From: an uncultured cyanobacterium
GTDB lineage: Bacteria; Cyanobacteriota; Cyanobacteriia; Cyanobacteriales; Nostocaceae
Assembly: GCA_963740315.1 (NCBI GenBank)
Contig: CAVUDP010000002.1
Location: forward strand, 1,472,001-1,536,000
Reading direction: 5' to 3'
Length of the DNA: 64,000 nucleotides
Part shown: positions 40,060-50,570 of the stretch, piece by piece
Layout of the letters: every line of letters starts with the position of its first letter
Numbering within the stretch: position 1 is the stretch's first letter
The notes under the pieces: model-generated
Told to the model about the DNA's origin: nothing
Seen by the model: only the letters and a program-made list of their open reading frames with translations
The model's database searches: none
Program-made: the position numbers and the translations under genes

Positions 40060-40438
40060 AACCAAAAAGGAGCGGCTACAGGAAGCATTTATTTTGCAAC
40101 TAAAGCAGCAGTGCGATCGCTTGCTCGATCTTTGGCGGCTGAATTGGGCGATTACCTGCGGTAGAGCTTAGTCTAACGACTCACTGCGTGAACGCTTAAC
40201 GTCAGATTCGAGTTAATGCACTCAGCCCTGGTATTGTAAGAACTGAGTTTCAGAGCAAGCTTGATTTACCGAAAGAAGTATTTGATGGATTTATCGATGC
40301 AGTTGTGCAAACAGCACCTTTACACAGAGAGGGAGAAGCAATCGAAATTGCTAAAGCTGCGGTATTTCTTGCTAGCGATGATTCTTCTTATATGACAGCT
40401 AGCGATATGGTGGTTGATGGTGGCTATATGAATGTTTG
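40060..40438 (+). pseudogene. C-terminal fragment of an SDR oxidoreductase with a 47-bp insertion
   Basis: YFATKAAVRSLARSLAAELG / IRVNALSPG..AAVFLASDDSSYMTASDMVVDGG; no N-terminal Rossmann motif. Confidence 0.8.
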
Positions 40439-40511
40439 AACAAACTGTTTCTATGACGAAAATCCGATAATCTGCTAATTATTCCCATCGAAAAATTAAG
40501 GAATTAAAACA

Positions 40512-41213
40512 ATGAGTAAACCAGTTTGTGTAGTAATTGGTGTTGGTGCGGGTAACGGTGAATCTTTTGCTCGTAAATTTGCGGGTGAAGGTTATCAAGT
40601 GGCAATGTTAGCCAGGAATATCGATTATTTGCAGAAATTAAGTAAAGAAATACCTTCTGCTAAAGCTTATCAATACGACGTTACAGAAATTGATAAAGCA
40701 GCAGAATTATTCAAAAAAATTGAATCGGAAATGGGTACAGTATCCGTCTTAGTTTACAATGCCGGTGCTGGTGCTTTTGCCAACATCGAAGATGCGACTG
40801 TAGAAGATTTTCAACGAGCTTGGGAAGTTAATGCAAGGGGTTTATTTGCTGTTGCTAAACAGGTTATTCCCCAAATGCGTAAAATCGACGGAGGTAATAT
40901 TGTTATTATTGGAGCCACTGCATCTATTAAAGGTGGCGCGAATTTTACCCCATTTGCTTCAGCAAAAGCCGCTCAGCGAAGTTTAGCGCAATCGATGGCG
41001 AGATATTTAGATCCACAAAAGATTCACGTTTCTTATATTATCGTTGATGGTGTAATTAATTCCGAACGCACTCGGGGATGGATGCCAGATAAGCCGGAAG
41101 ATTACTTTATGAAATCCGATGATATTGCAGAATCGGTATTCTTTTTAACTCAACAACCGGATTCAGCTTGGACGTTTGAGTTAGATTTACGACCTTTTGG
41201 AGAGAAGTGGTAA
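40512..41213 (+). CDS. SDR family oxidoreductase
   Basis: VIGVGAGNG, VYNAG, FASAKAAQRSLAQS. Confidence 0.9.
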   Translation: MSKPVCVVIGVGAGNGESFARKFAGEGYQVAMLARNIDYLQKLSKEIPSAKAYQYDVTEIDKAAELFKKIESEMGTVSVLVYNAGAGAFANIEDATVEDFQRAWEVNARGLFAVAKQVIPQMRKIDGGNIVIIGATASIKGGANFTPFASAKAAQRSLAQSMARYLDPQKIHVSYIIVDGVINSERTRGWMPDKPEDYFMKSDDIAESVFFLTQQPDSAWTFELDLRPFGEKW

Positions 41214-41218
41214 AGGTT

Positions 41219-41325
41219 GGGAGTTAAGAGTTAGGAATTAGGAGTTAGGAGTTAGGAGTTAGGAGTTAATTTTTTATTGTTCCCTGTTCACTGTTCACTG
41301 TTCACTGTTCCCTGTTCCCTGTTCC
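41219..41325. repeat. STRR tracts (GGAGTTA)n and (CTGTTCA/C)n
   Basis: Tandem heptamers. Confidence 0.85.
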
Positions 41326-41421
41326 CTCTTACTTACTTTTAAGTGCCTACTTTACTTTGGTAAACAATTTTATTAAAGTCATTCAGTGGAAACACTTGTC
41401 TAACAATAATAAAAAATACCG

Positions 41422-42009
41422 ATGTCTAAGATTGCGATCGTTTATTTTTCTGGAATGGGACATACCCATTTGATGGCTGAAGCTGTTGCTGCGGGTGCTA
41501 AAAAGGTTACAGATAGTACTGTTGACTTATTGCGTATCACTGGCGAGCAAATTACCGATGGGCGTTGGCAAGATGATGCAGCGATCGCAAAGCTGAATCA
41601 AGCTGATGCGATTATATTTGGTTCACCGACATATATGGGTGGTGTTGCAGGACAGTTTAAATGTTTTATTGATGGTGCAGGGGTTTGGTTTGAGCAGAAG
41701 TGGAAGGATAAAATCGCGGGGGGTTTCACTCACTCAAGTTCCCCTAGCGGTGATAAGCAGGGAACTTTGCTTTATTTAGCAACTCACGCAGCACAGCAAA
41801 GTATGATTTGGGTAAATGTTGGCGATTTACCAAGTAGTTATCAGGGTAAAGATGATGGTGTTAACCGCTTGGGTGGATTTATGGGAGTCATGGGACAATC
41901 TGCACTCGATATGAGCGGTAAACCACCAGAAATTGATAATGGCGATCGCCTCACCGCCGAAAGATATGGTGAAAGGGTTGCAATCGCGACTCAAAGATGG
42001 CAAAAATAA
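41422..42009 (+). CDS. Flavodoxin-like / WrbA-family NAD(P)H-dependent reductase
   Basis: YFSGMGHT, IFGSPTYMG, WKDKIAGGFT, SGDK. Confidence 0.9.
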   Translation: MSKIAIVYFSGMGHTHLMAEAVAAGAKKVTDSTVDLLRITGEQITDGRWQDDAAIAKLNQADAIIFGSPTYMGGVAGQFKCFIDGAGVWFEQKWKDKIAGGFTHSSSPSGDKQGTLLYLATHAAQQSMIWVNVGDLPSSYQGKDDGVNRLGGFMGVMGQSALDMSGKPPEIDNGDRLTAERYGERVAIATQRWQK

Positions 42010-42014
42010 ACTAA

Positions 42015-42044
42015 TAATGCGGTATAGCTAAGCTTACCGCATTA
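42015..42044. terminator. Hairpin between convergent genes
   Basis: taatgcggta..taccgcatta. Confidence 0.6.
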
Positions 42045-42058
42045 AGAATTAATAGAAA

Positions 42059-43012
42059 TTACACTGTTTGATTTGCTTGCAACCACTTAAGTAAATCATC
42101 AATAGTTGTAAAATCTAACAAAGTTTCACCAAGAGTTTCTAACTTTTCTACCGAAAGAGTTTGAATTTCTTCAATAACCTCTTGTGGCAATTCTCCAATC
42201 CGTCTTTTTAGTAGTTTTAGAACGAGGGTTTGCTCACCTTCTTGTTTTCCCCGTTCGTAACCAATGCGCTCGCCCGTGGTAATGTAGCTCATAGTACGCT
42301 CCTGTTCAAACTCCTTAAATTCTTCCCAAAATTCTGCTTCCAAGGCTTTTGGTAAAATCATAACCCAATCGATAAACCGATACAGGTTACGAATATCTCT
42401 TTCCTGCAATCCTAATTCATACAATCGTCGAATCAAGCTGAATTTCCAAACTTTGCGCTCTCCGAGTTTTTTGCTTGTCTCCTGGGTTTTCAAATGCGCC
42501 ATGACAACAATTGCAAATAGATTATCGCTGTTTTCTAATTCCTGCCAGCGATTTCGATAATCCAGCAGTTTAACGGTTCCAAATTCAAAGTTAAGTTTGG
42601 TGTCGGGATAATTATAACTGTATTGATTTGGTCGCCAATTGGGATCTGTGTCGCACAAAATTGCTAAACTGATGGCTGGTTTGCCAAATCAATCAAAAAT
42701 TCGCAGGTTATAAGAAAACATTCTTTGGGAAAAAATATCTTCTGGATTCCCTTGGATTTCAACATGGATTAACAGCCAAATTTCTTCACCTCCAATATGC
42801 CAAACCTTGACTAATTTATCTGCATATCTTCTTCCTTGTTCGGCATTACGAGCTATTTGCTGAAATTCCTTATCAAGAAATTCGTGGGGACGTTCCCAAT
42901 CTATTAATGCTGCTGTTTCGGGAAAGAAAAATTGCATTGCTTGAGGAAAATATGCTTCTAATATTTCTTTCCACGGACTATCATTATCTGCTCTTTCTAT
43001 TTCTTCATTCAT
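42059..43012 (-). pseudogene. Rpn/DUF4351-type PD-(D/E)XK protein with in-frame TGA at 42689-42691
   Basis: DSPWKE, ADKLVKVW, HVEIQ; frame continues RIFD*FGKPAISLAILCD; C-terminal LETLGETLLDF DUF4351 motif. Confidence 0.85.
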
Positions 43013-43189
43013 GATTTATTGGTAGATGCTATAACTTTTTTATTTTTAATTCTGCACCGTTAGATAATATATTACTGTTAAATATATTATCCAATTTTAC
43101 ATAGCATTATTCTAGCTTTTTTATCATTTGTTAATAACTGGAAAAGCAAATAACATTTATTTAAGTTCTATTTAATCAAAAACAACATT

Positions 43190-43933
43190 ATGCTAAATAT
43201 CAACGATGAATCCGTTCTTGATAGTTGGAATCAAAATGCATCGGCTTGGATAACTGCTATAGAAAATGAAGAGATTGCAAGTAGAAAAATAGTTACAAAT
43301 AAAGCGATTATCGATGCAATTACAGGTTATTCTCCTTCAAATATTCTCGATATCGGATGTGGTGAAGGTTGGTTGACTCGCGAATTAACTATTAAGGGGA
43401 TGGAAGCTTGGGGTGTTGATGGAGTTTCTCAATTAATTGCAAAAGCGCAGTTGATGAATTGTGGAAAGTTTCAAGTTGCTTCCTACGAAGATATTGTAAA
43501 TAAGATCCCCCCAACCCCCCTTACAAAAGGGGGGCTTTCTATTTCTCAGGAATCTATTATGAAACAGGGGCTTTTTTCAGGTAGTAAATTTGATGCTGTT
43601 GTTTGCAATTTTTCTCTTTTAGGAAAAGAAACTGTAGATAATTTAATTCGTTCGATTCCTCGTTTATTAAAGAATAATCAATTATTATTTATTCAAACGC
43701 TTCATCCGGCGATCGGTTGTGGGGAATTACCATTAATTGATGGATGGAGACAGGAATTATGGGACGGTTTTAATTCGGATTTTAAACAAGCAGCACCTTG
43801 GTATTTTCGTAAGCTGGAAACCTGGATAACTTTGCTGAAATCTTCGGGTTTTTCAATTTTAGAATGTCGAGAGCCGATTAATTCAATTACTCAAAAACCT
43901 GCTTCAATTATTTTTATCGCTGCTTGTAATTAA
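43190..43933 (+). CDS. Class I SAM-dependent methyltransferase
   Basis: ILDIGCGEGW, GVDG, FDAVVCNFSL. Confidence 0.88.
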   Translation: MLNINDESVLDSWNQNASAWITAIENEEIASRKIVTNKAIIDAITGYSPSNILDIGCGEGWLTRELTIKGMEAWGVDGVSQLIAKAQLMNCGKFQVASYEDIVNKIPPTPLTKGGLSISQESIMKQGLFSGSKFDAVVCNFSLLGKETVDNLIRSIPRLLKNNQLLFIQTLHPAIGCGELPLIDGWRQELWDGFNSDFKQAAPWYFRKLETWITLLKSSGFSILECREPINSITQKPASIIFIAACN

Positions 43934-44166
43934 TAAATCTCTTAATATGTAGGGTGTGTGACGGATAAAATAAATCATAAAGCATAACGAAAAATTAATT
44001 CATTCCCTCACGCACCAATCAATTAGTTGACTTGTTGCTAAATTGCTTGTAATTAATAAATCTCTTAATATGTAGGGTGTGTGACGGATAAAATAAATCA
44101 TAAAGCATAACGAAAAATTAATTCATTCCGTCACGCACCAATCAATTAGTTGACTTGTTGCTAAAT
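43921..44166. repeat. 123-bp direct tandem duplication containing a GTAG-type REP (family C; another inverted copy ~53332-53378)
   Basis: 43921-44043 vs 44044-44166, one mismatch seen; gtagggtgtgtgacgg...cc(g/c)tcacgcacc. Confidence 0.92.
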
Positions 44167-44201
44167 GTTTCAATATCGCAGTCAAATTATAAAGCGAAAA
44201 A

Positions 44202-45011
44202 ATGTCAGTATTGGGTAATTTAGTTGCTGGAGTTGCCCATGAAACTAATAACCCAATTGGCTTTATTGATGGTAATTTACATCATGCAAATGAATATATT
44301 CAAGATTTAGTCGATCGCTTGAAGCTATATCATCAACATTATCCAAAACCAGTATTAGAAATTAAAGAAAATGCCGAAACAATTGATTTAGATTTTCTGC
44401 TGGAAGACTTACCCAAAATGGTTAATTCCATGAAATTGGGAACCGAGAGAATTCGCGATATTAGTACTTCTCTGAGAACTTTTTCTAGAGCAGATACCGA
44501 TAAAAAAACTAGCTTTGATATTCATGCAGGTATTGACAGTACAATTTTAATTTTAAAGCATCGTTTAAAAGCTAATGAGAAGCGTCCAGAAATTGAAATA
44601 ATTAAAAACTATGGAAATTTATCAAAAGTTGATTGTTTTCCAGGTCAGTTAAATCAAGTTTTTATGAATATTTTGGCGAATGCGATCGATGCATTAGATG
44701 ATTATAATATTGGACGCAGTTTTGAAGAAATTAAAGAACAGCCAAATCAAATTACAATTTCTACTGAAGAATTAATCGGAAAAAATCAGATTGCTATTTA
44801 TATCCAGGATAATGGATCGGGTATCCCGGAAGGTGTAAAAATGCAGATATTTGACCATTTATTTACTACTAAAGGTGTTGGCAACGGAACTGGATTAGGT
44901 TTATCGATCGCACGACAAATTGTAGAAGACAAACATCAAGGTTCTCTTGAATGTATTTCTAATATTGGTAAGGGAACTGAGTTTATTATTAAAATTTCGA
45001 TTCGGGATTGA
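44202..45011 (+). pseudogene. Sensor-less histidine kinase (HisKA + HATPase), probable 3' remnant
   Basis: LVAGVAHETNNP, QLNQVFMNILANAIDA, DNGSG, GTGLGL; preceded in frame by VKL*SEK. Confidence 0.7.
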
Positions 45012-45383
45012 TTGTATGGGGAAAGGGAATTGAGAGCAATCTGCCAGGGGTTGCAAACCCCTGTCTAATAGCAAAAGTCCTATGAATAGGACTAGAATAC
45101 AAGCCGCCATAATAAATGAAAAGAACTACTAATTCATTTCATTTATTCTGATAGGTTGTAGAGACGTTATACATAACGTCTCCCAAAGTTTATCGGGAAA
45201 ACGAACCACTTAAAACTAATGAAAAGGACTACCATTGGTTGGTGTGTCCTATTAATACTGATGGGTTTACGTAGTGTGTTAGCCCTCAAAACTTATGTGG
45301 TGAAGTACCAGTATAAATCTTAGTCAGTTAAAGTTATTTAATTTAAAAAATTGATGAAAATATAGTTGTAGAGTTGACTAAAT

Positions 45384-46931
45384 CTATTCTTCAACACCCA
45401 CTACCGCAGTTTTCCCTTCAATTCCATACCTACTTACACCGGAAACGGCAATATTTTCAATTTGCATATCATTTACAAAATAGGAATTTTTATTCCCAGG
45501 TAAAATCTTGGTAGTCCATTCATCACCTTTTTTCAATTGCACTACCCACGACTGAATCTGTTGCTTGCTCTTAGGTTGCCAATAAAGTCTTATTTGTCCT
45601 AATTTCTTATCTTGAACAATTTGTAATTCGGGTTTTTTGGGTTGAGTGTCGTTTAACCAAGGTGATGCGGGAATTAATGCTGGTTTAACGTAAACTTCCT
45701 CTTTCAAAACATCGGCAATTCCTTTACGATTTTGCATCAAGGCTTTCATGCTGAAGTGAATATTACCACCAGTTTTGCTAAAACCTCGCATTATTCTGAT
45801 TTGATAAGCTATCTCGCTCGCATCCCAACCTTTACCTTTCTCATTCTGAATGCGACTCGTATAAATTCCAGGAAAAATGCTTCTGTTTTTTGTATTTTGA
45901 CTCAACCACCAATTCAATAACACCGGATAACTTTGTGCTGTTTGTTCAATTTTCCAATAAAGCTGTGGTGAAAGATAATCTAACCAACCTTGTTGCAACC
46001 ATTTACGAGAATCTGCATAAATCTGCTCGTAAGCGTTGAAACCTCTTCCACTACTATCTATATTAGTAATTCTTTCTGGATAACCCGGTTGCCAAACTCC
46101 AAAAGGACTAATACCAATTTTTACCCAAGGTTTCTCTTTCTTAACGCTGCCATACATCCGTTTAACGAAAGTATTAATATTCTCTCTTCTCCAATCAGCA
46201 CGATTTAACTTTCCTCCCGCTTTTAAATATTTCTGCCAGCTAATATCATCCGGAAAATCTATCAACTTACCTTGCTCGTCGCGTTGCGGATAGGGATAGA
46301 AATAATCGTCGATGTGAACACCATCAATATCGTAACGACGAACAACATCTAAAATTACTTTCAAAGAATAATCTTGAACTTGCTTTTCACCAGGATCTAA
46401 CCACAGATATTTACCGTATTTTTTCACAAACTCCGGTCTTGTTTTACTGATATGATTTGCAGAAATAGGTGATATTGTTTCGGGATGATGGGCGCGATAG
46501 GGATTAAACCAAGCGTGTAATTCCAAGCCTCGTTTGTGCGCTTCTTTAACGGCAAATTCCAAAGGATCGTAAAATGGTTGTGGTGGTTTTCCCATTTCTC
46601 CGCTAAGGAATTCCGACCAAGGTTCGTAGGGAGATGCGTATAAAGCATCACTCAAAGGGCGAATTTGAAAAACTACGGCGTTTAAGTTCATATCAGCCGC
46701 TTTATCAAGCATGGCAATCAATTCAGCCTTTTGTTCTTCAGTTGTTAATCCGGGTTTTGACGGAAAATCGATATTTGCAACGGTAGCAATCCATGCAGCA
46801 CGAAACTCTCTGGTAACAGTCGGGGGTTTAATTTCTTGTTTGCTCGGCTTTGATTGAGAATAAACTGGGGAAGCAATTCCAACTAACAGTACGCTAATTA
46901 GAATTGCTTTGGTTTTAAGGATAGATGTCAT
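45384..46931 (-). CDS. Glycoside hydrolase-like 10 (DUF187/YddW-type) protein
   Basis: EFRAAWIATVANIDFP, ELHAWFNPYR, DGVHIDDYFYPY, DYLSPQLYW; signal peptide. Confidence 0.92.
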   Translation of the reverse strand: MTSILKTKAILISVLLVGIASPVYSQSKPSKQEIKPPTVTREFRAAWIATVANIDFPSKPGLTTEEQKAELIAMLDKAADMNLNAVVFQIRPLSDALYASPYEPWSEFLSGEMGKPPQPFYDPLEFAVKEAHKRGLELHAWFNPYRAHHPETISPISANHISKTRPEFVKKYGKYLWLDPGEKQVQDYSLKVILDVVRRYDIDGVHIDDYFYPYPQRDEQGKLIDFPDDISWQKYLKAGGKLNRADWRRENINTFVKRMYGSVKKEKPWVKIGISPFGVWQPGYPERITNIDSSGRGFNAYEQIYADSRKWLQQGWLDYLSPQLYWKIEQTAQSYPVLLNWWLSQNTKNRSIFPGIYTSRIQNEKGKGWDASEIAYQIRIMRGFSKTGGNIHFSMKALMQNRKGIADVLKEEVYVKPALIPASPWLNDTQPKKPELQIVQDKKLGQIRLYWQPKSKQQIQSWVVQLKKGDEWTTKILPGNKNSYFVNDMQIENIAVSGVSRYGIEGKTAVVGVEE

Positions 46932-46990
46932 ATTCTGCCACAGGGAGACTCACCACCTAGATAAGATTTACATTTAGGGGTGAAAGTTCC

Positions 46991-47206
46991 TTAAAATTCC
47001 CCAAGATTATCTAATATTTTATCTATTCCGGTAACGGTAGCGAGGATACCAAAAGATATTGATAATAATAAAGTGCCGATTATTCCTTGAAGTAAGGGAA
47101 TATTCACGTGAAAATAAATTGAACAAAGCCAAGATATTGTTGCGATGAAGAGTCCGATTAATAAACCTATTGAAAATCGTTTGATCTTTAATGGTTGAGA
47201 ATTCAT
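46991..47206 (-). CDS. Small two-TM membrane protein, copy 1 (start probably MNSQ at 47206)
   Basis: IGLLIGLFIA..LLQGIIG..ISFGIL..GIDKILDNL. Confidence 0.65.
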   Translation of the reverse strand: MNSQPLKIKRFSIGLLIGLFIATISWLCSIYFHVNIPLLQGIIGTLLLSISFGILATVTGIDKILDNLGEF

Positions 47207-47285
47207 TTTTAGAATATAGGTCAACTACAAGATTATTTTAACGAAGTCAACAGTTTTGTACTAATGACTTTAGTCATCTTCATTT

Positions 47286-47517
47286 TTATAAATCTGGTGG
47301 TAAATTATCTAATACTTTGTCTATTCCAACGAATACTAAGAGAATACCAAAAGAGATTGCTAACAATGAACTACCGATAATTCCTTTAAGCAAAGAAATT
47401 GAGATATTAAAGTAGATTGATTGAACCCAAAATAATCCTGCGATAAAAAGTCCGATTAATATACCGATTCCAAATAAGAATGAGAGTATCAAATTTATCT
47501 GATGCTTGAGAATTCAT
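47286..47517 (-). CDS. Small two-TM membrane protein, copy 2 (MNSQ start at 47517 is out of frame; uses TTG at 47492 or is frameshifted)
   Basis: IGILIGLFIA..LLKGIIG..ISFGIL..GIDKVLDNL, clear paralogue of copy 1. Confidence 0.6.
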
Positions 47518-47584
47518 TTTTAGAATATAGGTCAAATACAAGATTATTGTAACGAAGTCAACTGGTTTGTAGTAATGACTTTAG

Positions 47585-47689
47585 TCATCTATCTTCCCCA
47601 GCTGCTTTAAAAGTTAGCAAGTCAACACCAAACCAGTAAGGAGAAGCTTTTCCAGGTTCCATAATTAAACCTTTTTGATTAATAGTCAT
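47585..47689 (-). pseudogene. N-terminal fragment resembling a cupin (quercetin dioxygenase-like) protein
   Basis: MTINQKGLIMEPGKASPYWFGVDLLTFKAAGED then stop inside a half REP; GAGGG RBS-like site. Confidence 0.5.
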
Positions 47690-47777
47690 GATTTTCCCTC
47701 TCATTTGCATTCAAATTTTAGAACATTTGAAGAAATTTTTGTGCGAAAAGAAGGGAACCAAAGCCCTTACTACGAAC

Positions 47778-48653
47778 TTATATGGAATTCAAAGCTGTAA
47801 TTTCATCTTCTGTCAATTGAATATCCGCAGCTTTAATGTTCTCTTCCATGTGAGCAATAGTTGTCGTTCCCGGAATCAAGATAATATTTGGCGCACGATG
47901 CAGCAACCACGCTAAAGCAATTTGATTGGGTTTTACTCCATGTTTTTCGGCAATATCTGCAATAATTCCTTCTGCATTCGCTAAAGGTGCGCCCTGTTTA
48001 AGAGGATGTGCGTCTAATGAGCCGTAGGGAAGAAATGCAATCTGATGTTGAGTACAGTATAAGAATGTATCTTCGTTTTGGCGATTGGTAATACTAAACC
48101 GATTTTGCACCGAAGCAATTTCAACAATATTCCTCGCTTCTTTAATTTGCTCTAGATTTACATTAGATATACCAATGTGACGGATTTTTCCTTCTTGCTT
48201 CATTTGCGCTAATGCACCAATTGATTCGGCAAACGGTACTTTAGAATCGGGACGATGCAATTGATACAGGTCTATTTGTTCTAATTTCAATCTTTTGAGA
48301 CTGCCTTCGACACCACTACGCAGATATTCCGGGCTTCCATCGGCTTTAATGTTATCTGGAGAGGGTTTATCAATGCCTCCCTTAGTTGCAATAACTACGC
48401 CTTCTTTATATGGATGTAACGCTGAAGCAATGATTTCTTCGTTGTAACCGGGGCCGTAAGCTTCGGCGGTATCGATAAAGTTTACACCTAATTCAACTGC
48501 ACGTTGTAAAAGCTTTTCTCCTGCTTCCCAATCTGGGTAAGCTCCAAAATTTCCCGGTTTTCCAGTGAGTCGCATTGCTCCGTAACCGATACGGTTTACT
48601 GTTATATCTTTGGCTATTGTAAATGTTTGAGAAACTGATGAGGTTGGGTTCAT
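47778..48653 (-). CDS. Aldo/keto reductase
   Basis: IGYGAMRL, FIDTAEAYG, IDLYQLHRPD, IPGTT. Confidence 0.93.
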   Translation of the reverse strand: MNPTSSVSQTFTIAKDITVNRIGYGAMRLTGKPGNFGAYPDWEAGEKLLQRAVELGVNFIDTAEAYGPGYNEEIIASALHPYKEGVVIATKGGIDKPSPDNIKADGSPEYLRSGVEGSLKRLKLEQIDLYQLHRPDSKVPFAESIGALAQMKQEGKIRHIGISNVNLEQIKEARNIVEIASVQNRFSITNRQNEDTFLYCTQHQIAFLPYGSLDAHPLKQGAPLANAEGIIADIAEKHGVKPNQIALAWLLHRAPNIILIPGTTTIAHMEENIKAADIQLTEDEITALNSI

Positions 48654-48748
48654 GGTTTTGTTTTTAATTGATTATTGTTATTTACTAGGTTCGTAGTAAG
48701 GACTTTAGTCCTCGGACTTAGGGCTTAAGCCCTTACTACGAACCAATA

Positions 48749-49750
48749 TTAAATCTCAACGATCGCTTTACCAATCATCTTGCCGCTATCTTGAGCTTCG
48801 TGAGCGGCAGCAAGTTCTGTTAATGGGAATCGTTGAGCAATGTTATGATGCAATGCACCTGCTTTTAATGCAGCAGTAATATCCCGAATCGCTGCCTGTT
48901 TGGCTTCTTCAGGCATGGTATAAACCAATATTGTACGGATGATAATATTTCTCATCATTAATGACAAAATTGGTAAAGCGGGAGCATCATCTGGATTCGC
49001 TGAATACATCGCCACTCCACCATTAGTACGCAAAACTGCATCGGCTACGAACAAATTCTGACTAAAATCAACGTCAACAATACGATTAATTCCCCGTTTT
49101 TTACCAGTAATTTCTTGGATGCGTTTGACTACATCTTCATTCTTATAGTTGATGATGTAATCTGCACCCGCAGTTTTAGCAATTTCTGCTTTTTCGGGAG
49201 TACTCACGGTAGTAATTACAGTTGCACCACCATATTTACCCCACTGCACCGCATAGTTACCCACGGCACCCGCTCCCCCAGTTACCAAAATTGTCTGTCC
49301 TTTTACCTCACCATCTGCGAAAACAGCACGATGAGCAGTCATTGCGGGAACTCCCAAACAAGCACCTTCAGCAAAGCTGGTATTATCTGGTAAGGTAACG
49401 GCTTTTTCGCCCTGTATGACAACATATTCCGCACCAGTGCCAAACGCTCTACCTAATTGCGCTTCATAAATCCAAACTCGTTCTCCAATACGAGAATTAT
49501 TCACGTTTTCACCAACACTTTCAATTACTCCAGCACCATCTTGATGGGGAATTATTCTTTCAAATTTCTGCTCGATACCACCCCAGCCACCACGGGATTT
49601 TGTATCGGATGGATTGACACCCGAAGCATGGATTTTGACTCGTACTTCACCAGCACCGGGTTCGGGTATTGGCATTTGTTGATATTGAATTACCTCTTTT
49701 GCTGCACCAAGTTTTTCGTAATAAGCAGCTTGCATTAATTGTTCGCTCAT
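48749..49750 (-). CDS. NADPH:quinone reductase (MDR/zeta-crystallin family)
   Basis: SGVNPSD, PHQDGAG, TGGAGAVG. Confidence 0.92.
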   Translation of the reverse strand: MSEQLMQAAYYEKLGAAKEVIQYQQMPIPEPGAGEVRVKIHASGVNPSDTKSRGGWGGIEQKFERIIPHQDGAGVIESVGENVNNSRIGERVWIYEAQLGRAFGTGAEYVVIQGEKAVTLPDNTSFAEGACLGVPAMTAHRAVFADGEVKGQTILVTGGAGAVGNYAVQWGKYGGATVITTVSTPEKAEIAKTAGADYIINYKNEDVVKRIQEITGKKRGINRIVDVDFSQNLFVADAVLRTNGGVAMYSANPDDAPALPILSLMMRNIIIRTILVYTMPEEAKQAAIRDITAALKAGALHHNIAQRFPLTELAAAHEAQDSGKMIGKAIVEI

Positions 49751-49871
49751 GATTAGTACCTCAGTTGAAAATAATATTTAATATCAAAGTTTGCATCGGA
49801 ATGATTTATTTTTTAACGCAGAGGAGCGCAAAGGTACACGCAGAGGAACGCAAAGTTTTTTAGATCCGACA

Positions 49872-50570
49872 CTAATAAGATATTACTTTGCGATCGCGCC
49901 AATATTTCCCCGTCTCCTCGCGGGGTGCAACAGTAGCCAACCAAATCGCTGTATCTGCACCCTGCTCTGGTGTCCGAGGTGCGCTATCTCCACCCATATC
50001 AGTTTTCACCCAACCGGGGCATATGGCATTCACGGCAATTTTCTCTGAGCGTAAGGCTTGCGCTAACATAATTGTTGACCCATTCAATGCTAATTTTGAT
50101 AAACAGTAGCTGGGATAGTCAGCAGACAATCCATCAATTTCGCCGAAACCGCTAGAAACATTAATTACTCTGGCATCAAGTGATTTTTTCAACAGCGGTA
50201 AAAATGTCTGTACCATGCGAATCGCTCCGAAGGTATTGGTATTAAAGGTTGTTACTAAAAGTTCGCGATCGATAGTGAGAATATTTACGCCTTCGTCCGG
50301 ATATATACCTGCATTGTTAATCAAGACATCTAATTGATTTACCTGTTGCTGCAAACTTCCTAACGCTTTATTAATAGAATTATCATCAGCAACGTCTAAT
50401 TCTATAGATATAACTTTACCATTTGAATTTAATTTTTCAGCAGCCTGCTTTGCTTTATCGAGAGAACGAGAAGTAATGATTACCTGATAACCTTTTTGCA
50501 GTAAACCTTGAGTAATCGCAAATCCAATTCCTCGATTACCACCCGTTACTAATGCAATTTTGCTTTCCAT
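49872..50570 (-). CDS. SDR family oxidoreductase (carbonyl reductase-like)
   Basis: TGGNRGIG, NNAG, YCLSK, CPGWVKTDMGG. Confidence 0.93.
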   Translation of the reverse strand: MESKIALVTGGNRGIGFAITQGLLQKGYQVIITSRSLDKAKQAAEKLNSNGKVISIELDVADDNSINKALGSLQQQVNQLDVLINNAGIYPDEGVNILTIDRELLVTTFNTNTFGAIRMVQTFLPLLKKSLDARVINVSSGFGEIDGLSADYPSYCLSKLALNGSTIMLAQALRSEKIAVNAICPGWVKTDMGGDSAPRTPEQGADTAIWLATVAPREETGKYWRDRKVISY

